Assembly (NCBI GenBank): GCA_903845045.1
Contig: CAIMWA010000029.1
Location: 32-64,031 of the forward strand
Reading direction: 5' to 3'
DNA length: 64,000 bases
Source of the DNA: an uncultured delta proteobacterium
GTDB lineage: Bacteria > Myxococcota_A > Polyangia > Polyangiales > Ga0077539
The notes beneath the pieces are model-generated. The model saw only the letters and a program-made list of their open reading frames with translations, ran no database searches and was not told where the DNA came from. The position numbers and the translations under genes are program-made. Shown one piece after another: positions 61,080-64,000 of this stretch; position 1 is the first letter of the stretch, and each line of letters begins with the position of its first letter.

Positions 61080-61592
61080 TCAGCGCGTCGGCAGCGTCGC
61101 CTCGAGGCGCCGGTACAGCTCGTCGGCGCGCGCCTCGCACGTGTCCCACTCGAGGTGCCGACGGTTCGCGCAGTTGTAGTCGGGCTTCGCGAGCTTGTGC
61201 TTCGGCAGCCCGAAATGCGGCGCGAGCTTCGCCTCGAGCAGCGAGACGGTGACCTCCTCGTTGTCCTGCACGAAGTCGTCGACGTGGCGGAACGGTCCCG
61301 GCCCGAGGCCGTAGTTCACGAGCTTGCGGCGCTCCGCCGGAGCCACGAGGAAATGACACGCCTCGTGCAGCACCTTCTCGGTGTCGCAGCCGTGGTCCGC
61401 GGCGACGAAGAAGCTCCGCCCGTCGAAGCCCACGGGCTGCGCGAAGAACGGGGCCTTGCCCTGCTCCTCGCCGTGCAGCTCGAGCACGCGAATACCCTTG
61501 CCGGTATGTTTACCGACCCAGGCGGTGAGCGCGGGCCAGTCGGTGCCGCAGCGGTTGGACGGGACGAGGCAGCAGGGCACGCGCTTTCGCAT
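61080..61592 (-). CDS. Hypothetical cytoplasmic protein (170 aa) carrying an HExxH motif
   Basis: It is a single clean ORF with balanced composition. The only recognisable feature is LHEACHFLV (HExxH). No signal peptide. Confidence 0.6.
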   Translation of the reverse strand: MRKRVPCCLVPSNRCGTDWPALTAWVGKHTGKGIRVLELHGEEQGKAPFFAQPVGFDGRSFFVAADHGCDTEKVLHEACHFLVAPAERRKLVNYGLGPGPFRHVDDFVQDNEEVTVSLLEAKLAPHFGLPKHKLAKPDYNCANRRHLEWDTCEARADELYRRLEATLPTR

Positions 61593-61670
61593 GGCGATGG
61601 GCGCACGCGTGCACCGCCGCGGCCCTCGCTGTCAACGCCCGCGCGAGGAGTTGGTGTAGGATGCCGCGCG

Positions 61671-63674
61671 ATGAAGCGCCGCGGACTCGGTGTGCTCTCC
61701 CTCCTCGTCGCGGCGGGCTGCAGCGGCTCGACCCCGGCGGCGCCCGGCATGGACGCGTCCGTCGCCGATCGCCCCGCCGTCGACACGGGCCCGGTGCTCC
61801 CGCCCATGGTGTGCCGCACCGGCGCGCCGTGGAGCGCCTCGATGCCGGCGTTCCGCGAGGCCACGGCGGAGTGGGGCCTCGGCGACCTCACGGCGAAGCG
61901 CCTCTCCACCGCCGACATCGACGGCGACGGCTGGGCAGACCTCATCGCGTGGAACGATGTCGTGAACTCCCGCACGGACTTCTCGCGACCGGTGACCGCG
62001 TGGCTCGTGCGCGTGCTGCTCAACCGACCGCGCCCCGCCGACGCCGACGCCGGCGTGGGGCGGAGCTTCTCGGAGTTCACGCGGGCCTCGAACTTTCTCG
62101 CCATCGCGGGCGGCGACGGGTCCCACGGACGCCTCGTCACGGTGGTGGCCTTCGCCGACGTCGACAACGACGGCGACCTCGACGCGTACACCGGCAACAG
62201 CCCCACCGCGGCGCCGGCCATGGGCCAGGACCCGGACCCTGGCGACCGCGGCACCGTGCTCCTCAACGACGGCCACGGCGTGTTCAGCCTGGCGCCGTCG
62301 AGCGACGCGACGCCTGGCGCCGATTCGTCCCCGCAGACCATCAACGCGATCTTCAACGACCAGAACGCCGACGGCACCATCGACCTCGCCGTGGGCTACC
62401 AGGCCGAGGTCTTCGGCAACCCCATCGGCCAGCAGGCGCAGATGTTCCGCGGCGCCGGCGACGGCACCTTCGCCGAGGTGACGGACCAGGTCGGCATGAC
62501 CCTCGAGTCGTCGCAGGCCTCGCTCACCACGGTGACGAACAACCGCCCGCTCTACGGCCTCTCGATGTGCGACGTGAACGGCGACGGCCGCCTCGACCTC
62601 CTCGGCGCGGCCTACGGACGCCAGTTCAACCTGCTCATGACGTCGCGCGGCGACATGTTCCGCGACGAGTCCGTGGCGAGCGGCGTCGGCGGCGACGCCA
62701 ACCACGACTTCAGCGACAACCAGACGTACCGCTGCTACTGCCAGACGCACCGCGGGAGCTGCCCGACGACGGTGCCCGCCCCATCGAGCAGCTTCACCTG
62801 CGGCGTGCGCGGCGACTGGCGCCCCGGCGTCGACGACCAGCCCTGGCGCCTCAACGGCAACGGCTTCTCCATCGCCTGCGGCGACATCGACAACGACGGC
62901 GACGTGGACCTCTACACCGGCGAGATCACGCACCCCGACGTCGGCGCCAGCAGCGACCCGTCGGAGCTTCTCGTCAACGACGGCACCACCGACGCCGGCA
63001 CGCGGTTCTCGCGACCCGGGCGCATGCCCACGGGCATCGTTCCGCGGTCCCTCGGCGGCGACGAGGGCATCCTCACCAACGCGATGTTCGACTTCGACAA
63101 CGACGGCCGCCTCGACGTGTGGGCCGGCGGCAGCGATTACCCGAACATGTATGGCTGGCTCTTCGCGCAGGACGCCGCGGGGCACTTCAGCGAGGTCTCG
63201 CGCCAGGCCGGCATCCACCACGCGTGCCCCACGGGCTTCGCCCTCGCCGACTACGACCACGACGGCGACCTCGACGTGATCCTCGGCACGTCGATGATGC
63301 GCACGTGCAGCCAGGCGTGGGGCGGGCGCTCCGTGGTGCGCATCTACGAGAACATCGCCAGCGACGCCAACTGGACCACCGTGCGCCTCGTCGGCCGCGG
63401 CGCCGGCGGCGCCAACCGCGCGGCCATCGGCGCCCGGGTGCGCGTCACCGCGGGCGGCGTCACGCAGCAGCGCGAGGTCGTGAACAACTGGGGCCTCGCC
63501 GGCGTGGCCACGGAGCTGCCCGTGCACTTCGGCCTCGGCGCGACCTGCGCCATCGACCGCATCGAGGTGCGCTGGCCCGACGCCGCCGGCACCGTCGAGA
63601 CCTTCCCGAACGTGCGCGCGAACTACGCCGTGGAGATCGTCCAGGGCGTCGGCGTCGTGCGTTACCTGCAGTAG
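61671..63674 (+). CDS. CRTAC1/ASPIC-family lipoprotein (FG-GAP/VCBS repeats plus a UnbV_ASPIC C-terminal domain)
   Basis: I trimmed to the ATG at 61671 ([19 protein letters not shown]), giving a lipobox. The motifs [46 protein letters not shown] and DYDHDGDLD recur. The C-terminus reads IGARVRV..GG..Q.REV....G........HFGLG....[10 protein letters not shown]. Confidence 0.9.
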   Translation: MKRRGLGVLSLLVAAGCSGSTPAAPGMDASVADRPAVDTGPVLPPMVCRTGAPWSASMPAFREATAEWGLGDLTAKRLSTADIDGDGWADLIAWNDVVNSRTDFSRPVTAWLVRVLLNRPRPADADAGVGRSFSEFTRASNFLAIAGGDGSHGRLVTVVAFADVDNDGDLDAYTGNSPTAAPAMGQDPDPGDRGTVLLNDGHGVFSLAPSSDATPGADSSPQTINAIFNDQNADGTIDLAVGYQAEVFGNPIGQQAQMFRGAGDGTFAEVTDQVGMTLESSQASLTTVTNNRPLYGLSMCDVNGDGRLDLLGAAYGRQFNLLMTSRGDMFRDESVASGVGGDANHDFSDNQTYRCYCQTHRGSCPTTVPAPSSSFTCGVRGDWRPGVDDQPWRLNGNGFSIACGDIDNDGDVDLYTGEITHPDVGASSDPSELLVNDGTTDAGTRFSRPGRMPTGIVPRSLGGDEGILTNAMFDFDNDGRLDVWAGGSDYPNMYGWLFAQDAAGHFSEVSRQAGIHHACPTGFALADYDHDGDLDVILGTSMMRTCSQAWGGRSVVRIYENIASDANWTTVRLVGRGAGGANRAAIGARVRVTAGGVTQQREVVNNWGLAGVATELPVHFGLGATCAIDRIEVRWPDAAGTVETFPNVRANYAVEIVQGVGVVRYLQ

Positions 63675-63700
63675 TAAAAACCCGTCACGAGGCCCCTGCC

Positions 63701-64000
63701 ATGCGCCGCCCCCACGTCCTCATCCTCGACTTCGGATCGCAGTACACGATGCTCATCGCCCGCCGCATCCGCGAGATGTCGGTGTACTGCGAGATCCACC
63801 CCTGCACGATGAAGCTCGAGGAGATCCGCGCGCGCGAGCCCGTGGCCATCATCCTCTCCGGCGGACCGTCGAGCGTCTTCGACGTCGGCGCGCCGGCCAT
63901 CCACCCCGGGGTCTTCGCCCTCGACGTGCCGGTGCTCGGCATCTGCTACGGCGAGCAGCTCCTCGCGCACCTCTGCGGCGGCCGCGTGGAGCCGTCGACG
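63701..64000 (+). CDS. guaA: GMP synthase (glutamine-hydrolysing), N-terminal GATase part (3' end lies outside the window)
   Basis: This ORF is not in the track because no stop codon falls within the window. [35 protein letters not shown]....[11 protein letters not shown]....[12 protein letters not shown] is a canonical GuaA amidotransferase domain with its Cys nucleophile. Confidence 0.9.
   Translation, partial: MRRPHVLILDFGSQYTMLIARRIREMSVYCEIHPCTMKLEEIRAREPVAIILSGGPSSVFDVGAPAIHPGVFALDVPVLGICYGEQLLAHLCGGRVEPST

Noticed and set aside
56899-61179. 1426-aa + ORF in an alternative frame to the membrane/spermidine-synthase-like gene. Also the minus-strand ORFs 57155..58843 and 59006..60106.
   Set aside because: They have extreme Arg/Pro/His content. 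The chosen frame shows TM helices and the spermidine-synthase-like motif block.

Overview
Very GC-rich bacterial chromosomal segment (about 70% by eye, not computed). The protein repertoire includes a MYXO-CTERM-type tail, many lipobox lipoproteins with D/T/G/P linkers, CGxCG cysteine-rich repeat proteins, an NtrC-type activator and a Hanks-type kinase. From this I infer Myxococcota, probably a Polyangia-like organism. I call about 40 protein genes. I see no rRNA or tRNA genes, CRISPR arrays, transposases or integrases. Most long ORFs in the six-frame track are off-frame or antisense shadows typical of high-GC DNA. I chose real frames by balanced amino-acid composition, G/C-ending codons, signal peptides or lipoboxes, and family motifs. 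Housekeeping islets (prfC; rplU-rpmA; rpsB-tsf; the 5' end of guaA) are separated by accessory envelope and secretome genes. These include a CusA/CzcA-type RND pump with its adaptor, a 1523-aa Zn-metalloprotease lipoprotein, and orphan redox lipoproteins (cupredoxin, Tat-Rieske, cytochrome c). They also include a 2582-aa all-helical TPR-like protein, an XRE regulator beside a kinase / J-like / cytochrome c operon, an NtrC-like regulator, an SGNH-like hydrolase, GT-C/TMTC-like membrane proteins, a BNR propeller, a CRTAC1/ASPIC-like protein and a fused membrane/spermidine-synthase-like protein. Three signals stand out. (1) Five secreted cysteine-rich repeat proteins take up about 18% of the window, and four of them sit head-to-head with a secreted enzyme. 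(2) One of those enzymes is a signal-peptide-bearing, His-tract-bearing protein whose motif blocks resemble eukaryotic Fam20/Fjx1 secretory-pathway kinases. (3) Short in-frame tandem repeats encoding T-D-T/V-G/P linkers recur in several lipoproteins. All functional calls rest on motifs read by eye. No database search was run.
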